Source of the DNA: Eledone cirrhosa
Lineage: Eukaryota
DNA: 64,000 nt
Assembly (NCBI GenBank): GCA_964016885.1
Contig: OZ024744.1
Coordinates: forward strand, 113,646,001-113,710,000
Direction: 5' to 3'
Of this stretch, positions 1 through 14,318 are shown one piece after another. The notes beneath the pieces were generated by a model. The model was not told the DNA's origin and did not search any database. It was given only the letters and a program-made list of their open reading frames with translations. The position numbers and the translations under genes were made by a program. Numbering within the stretch: position 1 is the first letter of the stretch; each line of letters begins with the position of its first letter.

Positions 1-1
1 A

Positions 2-1660
2 TGCAAGTTGGTGTTGACACGCCTTCAAGACACAAGCAGGGAACCTATCGGGACCTACTGCTGAATTATGCTTGATTTCCTTTATTGCCGCCAAGACATC
101 AGGGGCGCCAAACGTTATGTCCGATAAGGTGTAATGGGGAGTAACATCGCCGATACAGCCCAGATCGGCCATATCAGGATTGCTGAAAACAGAGCAGTAT
201 TGTTTCTGCAGTATCTCACCCATGGTTTTACCATTGTCTTGAAGAGTGCCATTTTCATCAATTAGAGGGCCAACAGTAGAGCCAGTGATTTTGTGTTTTT
301 TTGCAAATGAAAAGAACACTTTGGGATTGAGTTTGATCTTCTCAATGGCCCAGGCCTCTTCAGCTCTTCTCTGATTGTTGATGAGGGACATTATGTTGTT
401 TTGGAGGTTATGTTTTTTAATCTCTAGTGATGAAATGGCAGTCAAGTTGATGTGTTGCTGCTGACAGTATTTCAGCTTGTTGATTTTTTTGTTCGTTCTC
501 TTAATTTTTCTGATGAGCGTTTTTCTATTTCTAGGGATTCTGCTCTTAGATTTGTTTATAGTTCTTAATGGGGTGTGTTTAGCACATATGTTTGTAACAG
601 TGTCCACAAATGTCTGCCAGGACTTTTTGATGTTAGTGGGTGTATGAGTGTGCGTGAAGGACCAGTCGACATGTGCAAGATCATGACTGATCGCTTCCCA
701 GTTTGCATTGTGGAAATCCATAGCGTCAAACGGATGGACAGGAGAGATGACATTGGGTTTGTATATTGGATGGTGGAATCTCAGATCACAGAGAACCATG
801 TCATGATCAGAGAGTAGAGTTTTCTCCACTGCAATATTGTGGATATTGTCAGTGTGATTTCTGAAAATTAAGTCTAGGACGTTTTTGTGGCACCTCGTTG
901 GTTCGAGCACCAGTTGGGATAGGAAGAAATCATCCATGAAGTCAAGAAGCGATTCCACAGCTTCCCTGTCAGAGGTTGAGGCAGAAGAACCTGGTGGCAG
1001 GCTGTTTGTGGACCAGTCAACTCCGGGGAGGTTGAAGTCCCCCATCATTAAGATGTTGTCAGGGTGACACTCTTGGATGAAACACTTTATGCTGTTGAGG
1101 CATTCCTTGAAGCATGGTACAGGCGTTTGGGGTGGCCTATAGAGCCCAACTACTAATAGGTTGTTGGTTTGACTGAATACAGTGACTGCTTCACAGTATC
1201 CATTAGTGAATATGTTCATAGCCTCTGTTGAGAAAGAATTATGGACATAAATGGCAGTTCCGCCCTTTCTTCTGCCAGCGCGATCAGCACGGATGGCTTT
1301 GAAATTTTTCACTTTCACCTCGGCTTCCAAGTGGAGGTTACTGAGATGGGTTTCAGTGAGGACGAAGAAAGGGATGTGGTTTGGATGGACATCAATCCAG
1401 TCCTCCAGGAATTTGATCTTCCATTTTTGAGTATTGGTGGAAGGGCTGATGCCTTGGGCGTTAAGCAAAAATGTAGAGGCGAGAGTGGATGGTTTTAATT
1501 GTTTTGGTGTGTTGTTAATTTGTTTGTTTGTTAATGGCAGCAATGGGAGTTTGTGCAGTGGGGTGATAGTGGAGGGTGGTGCTGGGTGATAGCTCGAATG
1601 TTTTTTTCCAGTTCTTTTGCCAGATTCATTATGGCTAAAAAAGAGGAAGAAGTTTCCTGT
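2..1660 (-). CDS. LINE ORF2 N-terminal part: apurinic/apyrimidinic-like endonuclease + linker up to the start of RT (partial; absent from the ORF track because it has no stop in the window)
   Basis: Manual translation gives FLLNAQG...FVLTETHL...RADRAGREKGGTAIYV...VVGLYRPP...MMGDFNLPGVDW...LEPTRCHKNVLDLIF...LSDHDMV (APE motifs). It continues IKLNPKVFFSFAKK...QYCSVFS...SAVGPDRFPACVLK (CR1-type pre-RT region). The frame opens after TAA at 1663-1661 and is still the same frame at position 2. Confidence 0.92.
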
Positions 1661-2289
1661 TTAGAAGACTGTTGGTGACTGTGGTAGTGGTTATTTTTAT
1701 GTAGGTTATGGTTTTTGTTTTTGCTTTTATTTTTAATTTTATTTTCATTTGTCCGACGGGTCCCCGGGAGATGGGTAAAGGGACAATCCCGGTCTAAACA
1801 CAATCTGTCTCGCAGGGAAAAACGGCAGATTTGTGGATTCCTTGTTTGAGTTATTGGTGGTTGTGTTGGTGTTAAATTAGAGTATGTATTATGGTGGTGG
1901 CTGTTTGTGGGGATAGATCGTTTTGTCCTAGGTAAATGGGTGAATTTGCAGCCACTATCCGTACATATTCTATAGCATAGAGAGTAGCGGCAAATGATGG
2001 GGTTTCGAGTGGGTGGGTATGTGGGTGTGTGTGTTGTGAGAGGTGTAGATGATGGTTTGGGTAGGATTTGACGACCTTTGTGGACTGTGGGAGGGAGAGT
2101 TCTTGTTCTGGTATTAGAAGGTAAATTCCTTGACATAGCAGTAGACAAAAATGTTGTAGTAGTAGTAGTAGTAGTAGTAGGCAGAGATGGAGATGTTGGC
2201 AGTGGTGATGATTGGACTGCTGGGCCAGAGAAAGGATGTGGCGTTTCATGCTGTGAGACAGAGGCTACTGGGGGGGTCAATAGTTTCAT
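1531..2289 (-). CDS. LINE ORF1 C-terminal part with two CCCH-type zinc fingers
   Basis: CRYSLCYRICTDSGCKFTH and CRFSLRDRLCLDRDCPFTH (C-x8-C-x4-C-x3-H) with Pro/Thr-rich linkers. Lies directly upstream of and overlapping ORF2. Confidence 0.8.
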   Translation of the reverse strand: MKLLTPPVASVSQHETPHPFSGPAVQSSPLPTSPSLPTTTTTTTTTFLSTAMSRNLPSNTRTRTLPPTVHKGRQILPKPSSTPLTTHTPTYPPTRNPIICRYSLCYRICTDSGCKFTHLPRTKRSIPTNSHHHNTYSNLTPTQPPITQTRNPQICRFSLRDRLCLDRDCPFTHLPGTRRTNENKIKNKSKNKNHNLHKNNHYHSHQQSSKQETSSSFLAIMNLAKELEKNIRAITQHHPPLSPHCTNSHCCH

Positions 2290-2683
2290 TTAGTAGATCG
2301 GCCATTGTTGATGAATCAAGGAGTGGTTCACACTGTTGTTGTCGTCGTTGTTGTTGTTGTTGCTGTTGTTGTTGTAGCTGTTGTTGTTGTTGCTGTTGTA
2401 GCTGCTGTTGTTGCTGCTGCTGCTGGACAGCATTCGAAGAGAAAACACACCGTAGTTTATCCAAATGTTTATTGATTAATTTAAAAGCAATTTCGATTTG
2501 CTTTAATTTATTTTGAATCTGTTGTTCAGATCGAGTTTTCAAAAATTGAACTGTACGTTTAGCAATGTCGTTCAGAGATGAAGCATGTATGTCTTCTGTT
2601 TGGGAAAGGCAATGCCATGTGTTTATTAGAATGTCGATTTCATTATCAGACCAGTTCTGTTTGGATTTTTGCTGGTTAGCCAT
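2246..2683 (-). CDS. LINE ORF1 N-terminal part: Myb/SANT-like (trihelix-type) domain + polyglutamine tract; probably one ORF with 1531-2289, split by a 1-nt indel in a C7 run
   Basis: WSDNEIDILINTW...RSEQQIQNKLKQIEIAFK fits the Myb/SANT-like W..E...L..W / R...Q...K pattern. Removing one base from the G run at 2270-2276 fuses ...NETIDPP to VASVSQ... of the downstream ORF. Confidence 0.65.
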   Translation of the reverse strand: MANQQKSKQNWSDNEIDILINTWHCLSQTEDIHASSLNDIAKRTVQFLKTRSEQQIQNKLKQIEIAFKLINKHLDKLRCVFSSNAVQQQQQQQQLQQQQQQQLQQQQQQQQQRRQQQCEPLLDSSTMADLLNETIDPPSSLCLTA

Positions 2684-2880
2684 TCTAGTTTTGAGTGTGT
2701 GTGTGTTTTAGTTAAGTATTTCAATATATATATATTTTTTTTAAATTTATTTTTGATTTATTTTTGTTTTTTGTTTTTCTTGTGTGTGAGTGAGAAGAGT
2801 ATATATATAAATATGAGTATATATATATATATGTATATTCTGGTTATTTGAAATTAATTAAGTTAATGAAAAGACGAAAG

Positions 2881-3040
2881 GTATATATATATACATACAT
2901 ATATATATACATACATATATATATACATACATATATATATACATACATATATATATACATACATATATATATACATACATATATATATACATACATATAT
3001 ATATACATACATATATATATATATATACATACATATATGT
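2881..3040. repeat. Compound (TA)n/(TACA)n microsatellite
   Basis: Direct reading. Confidence 0.97.
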
Positions 3041-4264
3041 ATGCAGCTACTGCATCACTTGGATGACATTTTGAGAGCCTTGGGAGAGGGTTCCAACACT
3101 GATGTTATCTACCTTGATTTCAGCAAGGCCTTTGACAGGGTTGATCATAACATTCTACTGCGAAAGCTGTCCAATATTGGTGTCACTGGAAAGCTGCTGC
3201 AGTGGATCAAGTGCTTCCTGTCAAACAGAACCCAACATGTTGAAGTGGAAGGAGTCAAATCAAGCCCAGCCAAAGTCAGTAGTGGGGTCCCACAAGGCAC
3301 TGTGTTGGGCCCACTTCTCTTCATCATCTATATTAATGACATCACTGACATCATCAAACACAGCAATATTAAAATTTTCGCTGATGATTCCAAGCTCCAA
3401 AAGGTCATCAATGGCGTGGATGACCGGATAAGCCTTCAGTCAGACCTACTGGCTGTTACCCAATGGGCAGAAAAGAACAACATGTTACTGAACGAAGACA
3501 AATTCGAACTGATCCACTTTGGAAAAGAGGATGCTCTGAAACTCCCGTACTCCCTTCCCTCCGGGGAAACTCTCGTGGCATCTAACAACATCAGAGACTT
3601 GGGAGTAACCATGGACAGCAACATAAGCTGGACCACGCATATAAGCAGCAAAGTTGACATGGCCCGCAGAATGTGTTCCTGGATCCTCAGAACCTTCCAG
3701 TCGAGAGATTCCCGCACCATTATCCTTCTCTTCTCTACTTTCGCCCGACCACACCTTGAATACTGTTGTCCACTGAGGTCTCCCCACACGAAACAAAGTA
3801 TCATGAAACTTGAAGCTCCTCAAAGGGCAATCACGAAAAAGATAGATGGCATGTCAGACCTTGACTACTGGGGTCGATTAGAAAACCTGAAACTTTACTC
3901 ACTCCAACGTCGCCGTGAGCGTTATATTATCTGCATGATGTGGAAAATGTTCCATCATCACTGCCCAAATGATGTTGGCATCGCCTTCAAGATACACCCA
4001 AGGCTTGGGCCCCGTGCTATCCGTCCCATTCAAAAATCTAAATCGCAACTCATAACAACAATACGGCACAATTATTTCACCTCAATCGGCCCTGCTCTCT
4101 TCAACATCACACCAGGACACGTCAAAACAGAAACTGACCACACAAAATTCAAGAAGTCTTTGGACAAATTCCTCCAAGTAATCCCGGACAAACCACCCAC
4201 ACCCGGATATGTCTCCGCAAACAGTAATTCTGTTCTCGAATGGGCCATGGTGCCCAAATCCTGA
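3041..4264 (+). pseudogene. Reverse transcriptase fragment (LINE ORF2 C-terminal 407 aa, uninterrupted but 5'-truncated)
   Basis: [54 protein letters not shown] and [10 protein letters not shown] motifs. The ATG at 3041 is probably created by the microsatellite junction. Confidence 0.92.
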
Positions 4265-4340
4265 ATTGAAAGACTTCGCCAGGTGGTGCTATTAAGTTAG
4301 ACATGGCCTGGGCCAATACTGGCCAAAACATTTCAAAGTT
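3044..4340 (+). mobile_element. 5'-truncated CR1-group LINE (RT C-terminal part + 3'UTR) inserted in TA microsatellite
   Basis: RT ORF ends at 4264. The short 3'UTR has a GGCCA-ATAC-TGGCC stem-loop (4311-4324) followed by (TA)n. Microsatellite lies on both sides. Confidence 0.92.
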
Positions 4341-5039
<699 letters not shown>

Positions 5040-5041
<2 letters not shown>

Positions 5042-5355
5042 TGGTGGCTGCCAACTCGTTTTCGAGTACGGCCACTACTATATATCCATGTAGGAGAACC
5101 CCTACCGATGCGCTGAACGAGTGACTTTTTAGTCCAGCCAGCGACTTGAAAACTCTGGTACAAACACTACACTTGTGACAATTATTGACACATAGTGCTG
5201 GGCCCATGGTAGGACAATTATTGACACATAGTGCTGGGCCCATGGTACCATGTGAGGACAAGTGCAGAGAGATCTCCAGATATAAAGCAATGCCTGTGCC
5301 GTGAAGCTTTTATAGTGAGCAAAGGCACTGCACAAAGCCAGTCCCACACTCTTAA
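5040..5355 (-). mobile_element. 3' end fragment of an RTE-like LINE with a C2H2-finger remnant and (TA)n tail
   Basis: The minus strand encodes [17 protein letters not shown]. Terminal stem-loop ACTCG-TTTT-CGAGT (5054-5067, + strand) sits within a longer GTGGCTG/CGGCCAC stem. It ends GGCAGCCACCATATATA. An internal 36-bp tandem duplication lies at 5177-5247. Confidence 0.65.
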
Positions 5356-6584
5356 CATATATATATACATACATATATATATACATACATATATACATAC
5401 ATATATACATACATATATACATACATATATACATATATACATACATATATACATACATATATACATATATACATACATATATACATATATACATACATAT
5501 ATACATATATACATACATATATACATACATATATACATACATATATACATATATACATACATATATACATATATACATACATATATACATACATACATAT
5601 ATACATACATACATACATACATATATACATACATACATATATACATACATATATACATACATATATATATACATACATATATACATACATATATATATAC
5701 ATACATATATATATACATACATATATACATACATATATATATACATACATATATACATACATATATACATACATATATATATACATACATACATATATAC
5801 ATACATATATACATACATATATATATACATACATATATACATACATATATACATACATATATATATACATACATATATACATACATATATACATACATAT
5901 ATACATACATATATATATACATACATATATACATACATATATACATACATATATACATACATATATACATACATATATACATACATACATATATATATAC
6001 ATACATATATATATACATACATATATATATACATACATATATATATACATACATACATATATACATACATACATATATACATACATATATATATACATAC
6101 ATATATATATACATACATATATACATACATATATATATATACATACATATATATATATACATACATATATACATATACATACATATATACATACATATAT
6201 ACATACATACATACATATATATATATACATACATATATATATACATACATACATATATATATATACATTCACATATATATACATACATATATATATACAT
6301 ACATACATATATACATACATATATATATACATACATACATATATACATACATATATACATATATACATACATACATATATACATACATACATATATACAT
6401 ACATATATATATACATATATACATACATATATACATATATATATACATATATATATACATATACATATATATATACATATATATATACATATATATATAC
6501 ATATATATATACATATACATATATATATACATATATATATACATATACATATATATATACATATATATATACATATATATATAC

Positions 6585-6622
<38 letters not shown>

Positions 6623-6646
6623 ATATATATACATACATATATATAT

Positions 6647-6677
<31 letters not shown>

Positions 6678-6696
6678 CATACATATATATATATAC

Positions 6697-6755
<59 letters not shown>

Positions 6756-6778
6756 CATATATACATACATATATATAC

Positions 6779-6827
<49 letters not shown>

Positions 6828-7094
6828 CATATATACATATATATATATACATACATATATACATAATACATATATATATATATATACATACATATATACA
6901 TAATACATATATATATATATATACATACATATATACATAATACATATATATATATATACATACATATATACATAATACATATATATATATATATACATAC
7001 ATATATACATAATACATATATATATATATATACATACATATATATATATACATACATATATATATATACATACATATATATATATACATACATA

Positions 7095-7126
<32 letters not shown>

Positions 7127-7227
7127 CATATATATACATACATACATATATATACATACATACATATATATACATACATACATATATATACATACATACA
7201 TATATATACATACATACATATATATAC

Positions 7228-7260
<33 letters not shown>

Positions 7261-7347
7261 CATACATATATATATACATACATACATATATATATACATA
7301 CATATACATACATATATATATATACATACATATATATATATACATAC

Positions 7348-7382
<35 letters not shown>

Positions 7383-7510
7383 CATACATATATATATATA
7401 CATACATATATATATATATATACATACATACATATATACATGCATACATATATATATACATACATATATATATATATATACATACATACATATATATATA
7501 CATACATATA

Positions 7511-7542
<32 letters not shown>

Positions 7543-7812
7543 CATATATATACATACATATATATTCATACATACATATATATTCATACATACATACATA
7601 CATATACATACATACATACATACATATATATACATACATACATATACATACATACATACATACATATACATACATACATACATATATATACATACATACA
7701 TACATATATATACATACATACATATATATACATACATACATATATATACATACATACATATATATACATACATACATATATATACATACATACATATATA
7801 TACATACATACA

Positions 7813-7844
<32 letters not shown>

Positions 7845-8335
7845 CATATATATATACATACATATATATATATACATACATACATATATATACATACATA
7901 CATATATATATACATACATATATATATACATACATACATATATATATACATACATATATATATATACATACATACATATATATACATACATACATATATA
8001 TATACATACATACATATATATATACATACATACATATATATATACATACATATATATATATATACATACATACATATATATATACATACATACATATATA
8101 TATACATACATACATATATATACATACATACATATATATATACATACATACATATATATATACATACATACATATATATATACATACATACATATATATA
8201 TACATACATACATATATATATACATACATACATATATATATACATACATACATATATATATACATACATACATATATATATACATACATACATACATATA
8301 TACATATATATATATACATACATATATATATATAC

Positions 8336-8373
<38 letters not shown>

Positions 8374-8517
8374 ACATACATATATATACATATATATATA
8401 TACATACATATATATATATACATACATATATATATATACATACATATATATATATACATACATATATATATATACATACATATATATATATATACATACA
8501 TATATATATATACATAC

Positions 8518-8580
<63 letters not shown>

Positions 8581-9001
8581 CATATACACATATACATACA
8601 CATATATATATACATACATATATATATACATATATATATACATACATATATATATACATACATATATATATACACATATATATACATACATATATATATA
8701 CATACATATATATATATACATATATATATATACATATATATATATACATATATATATATACATATATATATATACATATATATATATACATATATATATA
8801 CATATATATATATACATATATATATACATATATATATATACATATATATATATACATATATATATATACATATATATATACATATATATATACATATATA
8901 TATATACATATATATATATACATATATATATATACATATATATATATACATATATATATATACATATATATATATACATATATACATATATACATATATA
9001 C

Positions 9002-9046
<45 letters not shown>

Positions 9047-9273
9047 CATATATATATATACATATATATATATACATATATATATATACATATATATATA
9101 TACATATATATATATACATATATATATATACATATATATATATACATATATATATATACATATATATATATACATATATATATATACATATATATATATA
9201 CATATACATATATACATATACATACATATACATATATATACATATACATATATATACATATACATATATATAC

Positions 9274-9304
<31 letters not shown>

Positions 9305-9333
9305 CATATATATATATACATATATATATATAC

Positions 9334-9396
<63 letters not shown>

Positions 9397-9471
9397 CATA
9401 CATATATATATACATACATATATACATACATATATATATATACATATATATATATACATATATATATATAC

Positions 9472-9518
<47 letters not shown>

Positions 9519-9560
9519 CATATACATATATATATATACATACATATATATATATACATA

Positions 9561-9596
<36 letters not shown>

Positions 9597-9628
9597 CATA
9601 TATATATATACATATATATATATACATA

Positions 9629-9692
<64 letters not shown>

Positions 9693-9880
9693 CACACACA
9701 CATATATATATATATACATATATATACACACACACGTATATATATATATATATACATATATATACACACACACGTATATATATATATATCCATACAATAT
9801 ATATATACATATAATATATAAATATACATACATATATATATACACATATAATACATATATACATATATATATACACACAC
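5356..9880. repeat. About 4.5-kb compound (TA)n/(TACA)n microsatellite
   Basis: Direct reading; the + strand is almost free of G. Confidence 0.98.
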
Positions 9881-10440
9881 GTACCTATGTTAATTGTGGT
9901 AGTTATAAGTTTGTTTATTATGTTTAATTAAAGAAACATCTAATATTACATGAGGTTATACAATACCAGAATAGAACGTCAGATATTTATACGAAACTAC
10001 TTTTGGTTACAGCAAATTGACATACTAATGAACATTATATATAATATATATTATATACATATATATTAGTAGCCGTCCCGAGTATAAATAAGAAAATACG
10101 TGGAGTTTGTTTTTTTAAAATATACATGCATAATTACATAGTTCGTGTGTAAAGTTAACAAAGATAAACGAGAGTAACTTGAAGCTTTCGCTAAAAACTG
10201 TAAGACAATAACATATATTATATATATATTTATATATACATACATGTATGTGTGTTTATACAACGTGCGTGAATGCGGGTTACATGAACAAGGAGGAATT
10301 AAAGATGAGGCAGTGTAGGGTTGACTGGTGTGTGTATGTATGTAGTGAGGGTGTGTGTGACAAGTACAACAAAATGCCAACTCACGTTTCTCTATAAAAG
10401 ACATTCACCTGCCGCGAAACTCTAAATGAATGTGACAACC

Positions 10441-10480
10441 AGTAGTAGTTGTAGTAATAGTGGTGGAGGTGGAGGAGGAG

Positions 10481-10512
<32 letters not shown>
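10441..10512. repeat. Compound (AGT)n/(GGT/GGA)n trinucleotide microsatellite
   Basis: Direct reading. Confidence 0.9.
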
Positions 10513-10513
<1 letters not shown>

Positions 10514-10656
10514 TTAGCAACTACGGCTGCCTGACTGACAGCCGGTCCACACAGCTTCAATTGCCACACAACTCCCACCAACTATACACCCTCACTTCTC
10601 AGCTGCTGTTGATATGTATATACAGCACAGTTGATTATATATATATATATATAGTA

Positions 10657-10698
10657 AGTGTTGCTGTCATATATATATATATATATGACAGCAACACT
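10657..10698. repeat. Perfect 42-bp palindrome
   Basis: AGTGTTGCTGTCA-(TA)8-TGACAGCAACACT; the arms are exact reverse complements and the centre is self-complementary. Confidence 0.93.
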
Positions 10699-10849
10699 GA
10701 CTGTTATGGCTGCTGGTAATAATGACGATGGTGGTGAATATGCCGAAAAGGATGATATACCACCACCACCACTGCTGCTATTGCAGCAACAATTACACCA
10801 CAAAGTACCCCTCTCCCAAGCTACTTAAAACCTTTAACCATTTACACTA

Positions 10850-13800
10850 CTTTCTGTATACTATTGTATTTTCACAGTAAAGTCTTTACCTCACATAACA
10901 TTTACTTTACTCTATATATACTATTGTATTTTCACAGTAAAGTCTTTACCTCACACAATATCTCACATAACATTTACTTTACTCTATATATACTATTGTA
11001 TTTTCACAGTAAAGTCTTTACCTCACACAATATCTCATAACATTTACTTTACTCTATATATACTATTGTATTTTCACAGTAAAGTCTTTACCTCACATAA
11101 TATCTCACATAACATTTACATTACTCTATATATACTATTGTATTTTCACAGTAAAGTCTTTACCTCACACAATATCTCACATAACATTTACTTTACTCTA
11201 TATATACTATTGTATTTTCACAGTAAAGTCTTTACCTCACACAATATCTCACATAACATTTACTTTACTCTATATATACTATTGTATTTTCACAGTAAAG
11301 TCTTTACCTCACATAATATCTCACATAACATTTACATTACTCTATATATACTATTGTATTTTCACAGTAAAGTCTTTACCTCACATAATATCTCACATAA
11401 CATTTACTTTACTCTATATATACAACTGTATTTTCACAGTAAAGGCTTTACCTCACATATCTCAAATAATATTTACATTACTCTATATATACTATTGTAT
11501 TTTCACAGCAAAGGCTTTACCTCACATAACATTTACATTACTCTATATATACTATTGTATTTTCACAGTAAAGGCTTTACCTCACACAATATCTCACATA
11601 ACATTTACATTACTCTATATATACTATTGTATTTTCACAGTAAAGGCTTTACCTCACCTAATATCTCACATAACATTTACATTACTCTACATATACTATT
11701 GTATTTTCACAGTAAAGGCTTTACCTCACATAATATCTCACATAACATTTACGTCACTATATATACTATTGTATTTTCACAGCAAAGTCTTTACCTCACA
11801 CAATATCTCACATAGCATTTACATTACTCTACATATACTATCGTATTTTCACAGTAAAGGCTTTATCTCACATAATATATCACATAACATTTACATCACT
11901 ATATATACTATTGTATTTTCACAGCAAAGTCTTTACCTCACATAATATCTCACATAACATTACTCTATATATACTATTGTATTTTCGCAATAAAGTCTTT
12001 ACCTCACATAATATCTCACATAACATTTACATTACTCTATATATACTATTGTATTTTCACAGTAAAGGCTTTACCTCACACAATATCTCACATAACATTT
12101 ACATTACTCTACATATACTATTGTATTTTCACAGTAAAGGCTTTACCTCACACAATATCTCACATAACATTTACATTACTCTACATATACTATTGTATTT
12201 TCACAGTAAAGGCTTTATCTCACATAATATATCACATAACATTTACATCACTATATATACTATTGTATTTTCACAGCAAAGTCTTTACCTCACATAATAT
12301 CTCACATAACATTACTCTATATATACTATTGTATTTTCACAGTAAAGTCTTTACCTCACATAATATATCACATAACATTTACATCACTCTATATATACTA
12401 TTGTATTTTCACAGTAAAGTCTTTACCTAACATAATATATCACATAACATTTACATTACTCTATATATACTATTGTATTTTCACAGTAAAGGCTTTACAT
12501 CCCACAATATCTCACATAACATTTACATTACCCTATGTATACTATTGTATTTTCACAGTAAAAGCTTTACCTCACATAACATTGACATTACTCTATATAT
12601 ACTATTGTATTTTCACAGTAAAGTCTTTACCTCACATAATATATCACATAACATTTACATCACTCTATATATACTATTGTATTTTCACAGTAAAGTCTTT
12701 ACCTCACATAATATATCACATAACATTTACATCACTCTATATATACTATTGTATTTTCACAGTAAAGTCTTTACCTCACATAATATCTCACATAACATTT
12801 ACATTACTCTATATATACTATTGTATTTTCACAGTAAAGTCTTTACCTCACATAATATCTCACATAACATTTACATTACTCTATATATACTATTGTATTT
12901 TCACAGTAAAGTCTTTACCTCACATAATATATCACATAACATTTACTTTACTCTATATATACTATTGTATTTTCACAGTAAAGTCTTTACCTCACATAAC
13001 ATTTACATTACGCTATATATACTATTGTATTTTCACAGTAAAGGCTTTACCTCACATAATATTTCACATAATATTTACATTACTCTACATATACTATTGT
13101 ATTTTCACAGTAAAGTCTTTACCTCACACAATATCTCACATAACATTTACATTACTCTACATATACTATTGTATTTTCACAGTAAAGGCTTTATCTCACA
13201 TAACATTTACATTACTCTGTATTTACTATTGTATTTTCACAGTAAAGTCTTTACCTCACATAACATTTACATTACTCTATATATACTATTGTATTTTCAC
13301 AGCAAAGTCTTTACCTCACACAATATCTCACAACATTTACATTACTCTACATATACTATTGTATTTTCACAGTAAAGTCTTTACCTCCCACAATATCTCA
13401 CATAACATTTACATTACTCTACATATACTATTGTATTTTCACAGTAAAGACTTTACCTCACATAATATATCACATAACATTTACATTACTCTATATATAC
13501 TATTGTATTTTCACAGTAAAGGCTTTACCTCACACAATATCCACATAACATTTACATTACTCTATATATACTATTGTATTTTCACAGTAAAGTCTTTACC
13601 TCACACAATATCTCACATAACATTTACATTACTCTCTATATACTATTGTATTTTCACAGCAAAGGCTTTACCTCACATATTTACATTACTCTATATATAC
13701 TATTGTATTTTCACAGTCAAGGCTTTATCTCACATAACATTTACATTACTCTGTATTTACTATTGTATTTTCACAGTAAAGCCTTTACCTCACACAATAT

Positions 13801-14318
13801 CTCACATAACATTTACATTACTCTATATACACTATTGTATTTTCACAGTAAAAGCTTTACCTCACATATCTCAAATAATATTTACATTACTCTATATATA
13901 CTATTGTATTTTCACAGTAAAGGCTTTACCTCACATAACATTTACATTACTCTATATTTACTATTGTATTTTCACAGTAAAAGCTTTACATCACATAATA
14001 CCTCACATAGCATTTACATTACTTTATATATACTATTGTATTTTCACAGTAAAGGCTTTACATCACATCATATCATATCTCACATAACATTTACATTACT
14101 CTATATATACTATTGTATTTTCACAGTAAAAGCTTTACTTCACACAATATCTCACATAACATTTACATTACTCTGTATATACTATTGTATTTTCACAGTA
14201 AAGGCTTTACCTCACATAATATCTCACATAACATTTACATTACTCTATATATACTATTGTATTTTCACAGTAAAAGCTTTACTTCACATAATATCTTACA
14301 TAACATTTACATTACTCT
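10850..14318. repeat. 72-bp minisatellite with a 60-bp variant, left block (roughly 50 units)
   Basis: Unit CTATTGTATTTTCACAGTAAAG(T/G)CTTTACCTCACATAATATCTCACATAACATTTACATTACTCTATATATA; the short variant lacks one 12-bp TCACATAATATC sub-repeat. Confidence 0.97.

Larger units (their letters stand above)
1..2880 (-). mobile_element. CR1-group (Jockey superfamily) non-LTR retrotransposon, 5' half: 5'UTR + ORF1 + endonuclease part of ORF2; continues beyond the left window edge
   Basis: The minus strand carries ORF1 (2683->1531) followed by an APE-endonuclease ORF2 running off position 1. The 5' boundary is approximate and placed where unique sequence meets the TA/TACA microsatellite at about 2881. 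Confidence 0.9.

Noticed and set aside
565-4257. Short ORFs antisense or out of frame to the LINE ORFs, including poly-Cys 2187-2516
   Set aside because: Shadow frames of LINE coding sequence and its triplet tracts.
10390-10719. TATAAAAG followed by a Gly/Ser-rich 97-aa ORF as a host first exon
   Set aside because: The ORF is mostly microsatellite translation and runs into TA repeats. A TATA-like word in AT-rich DNA is uninformative without transcript data.
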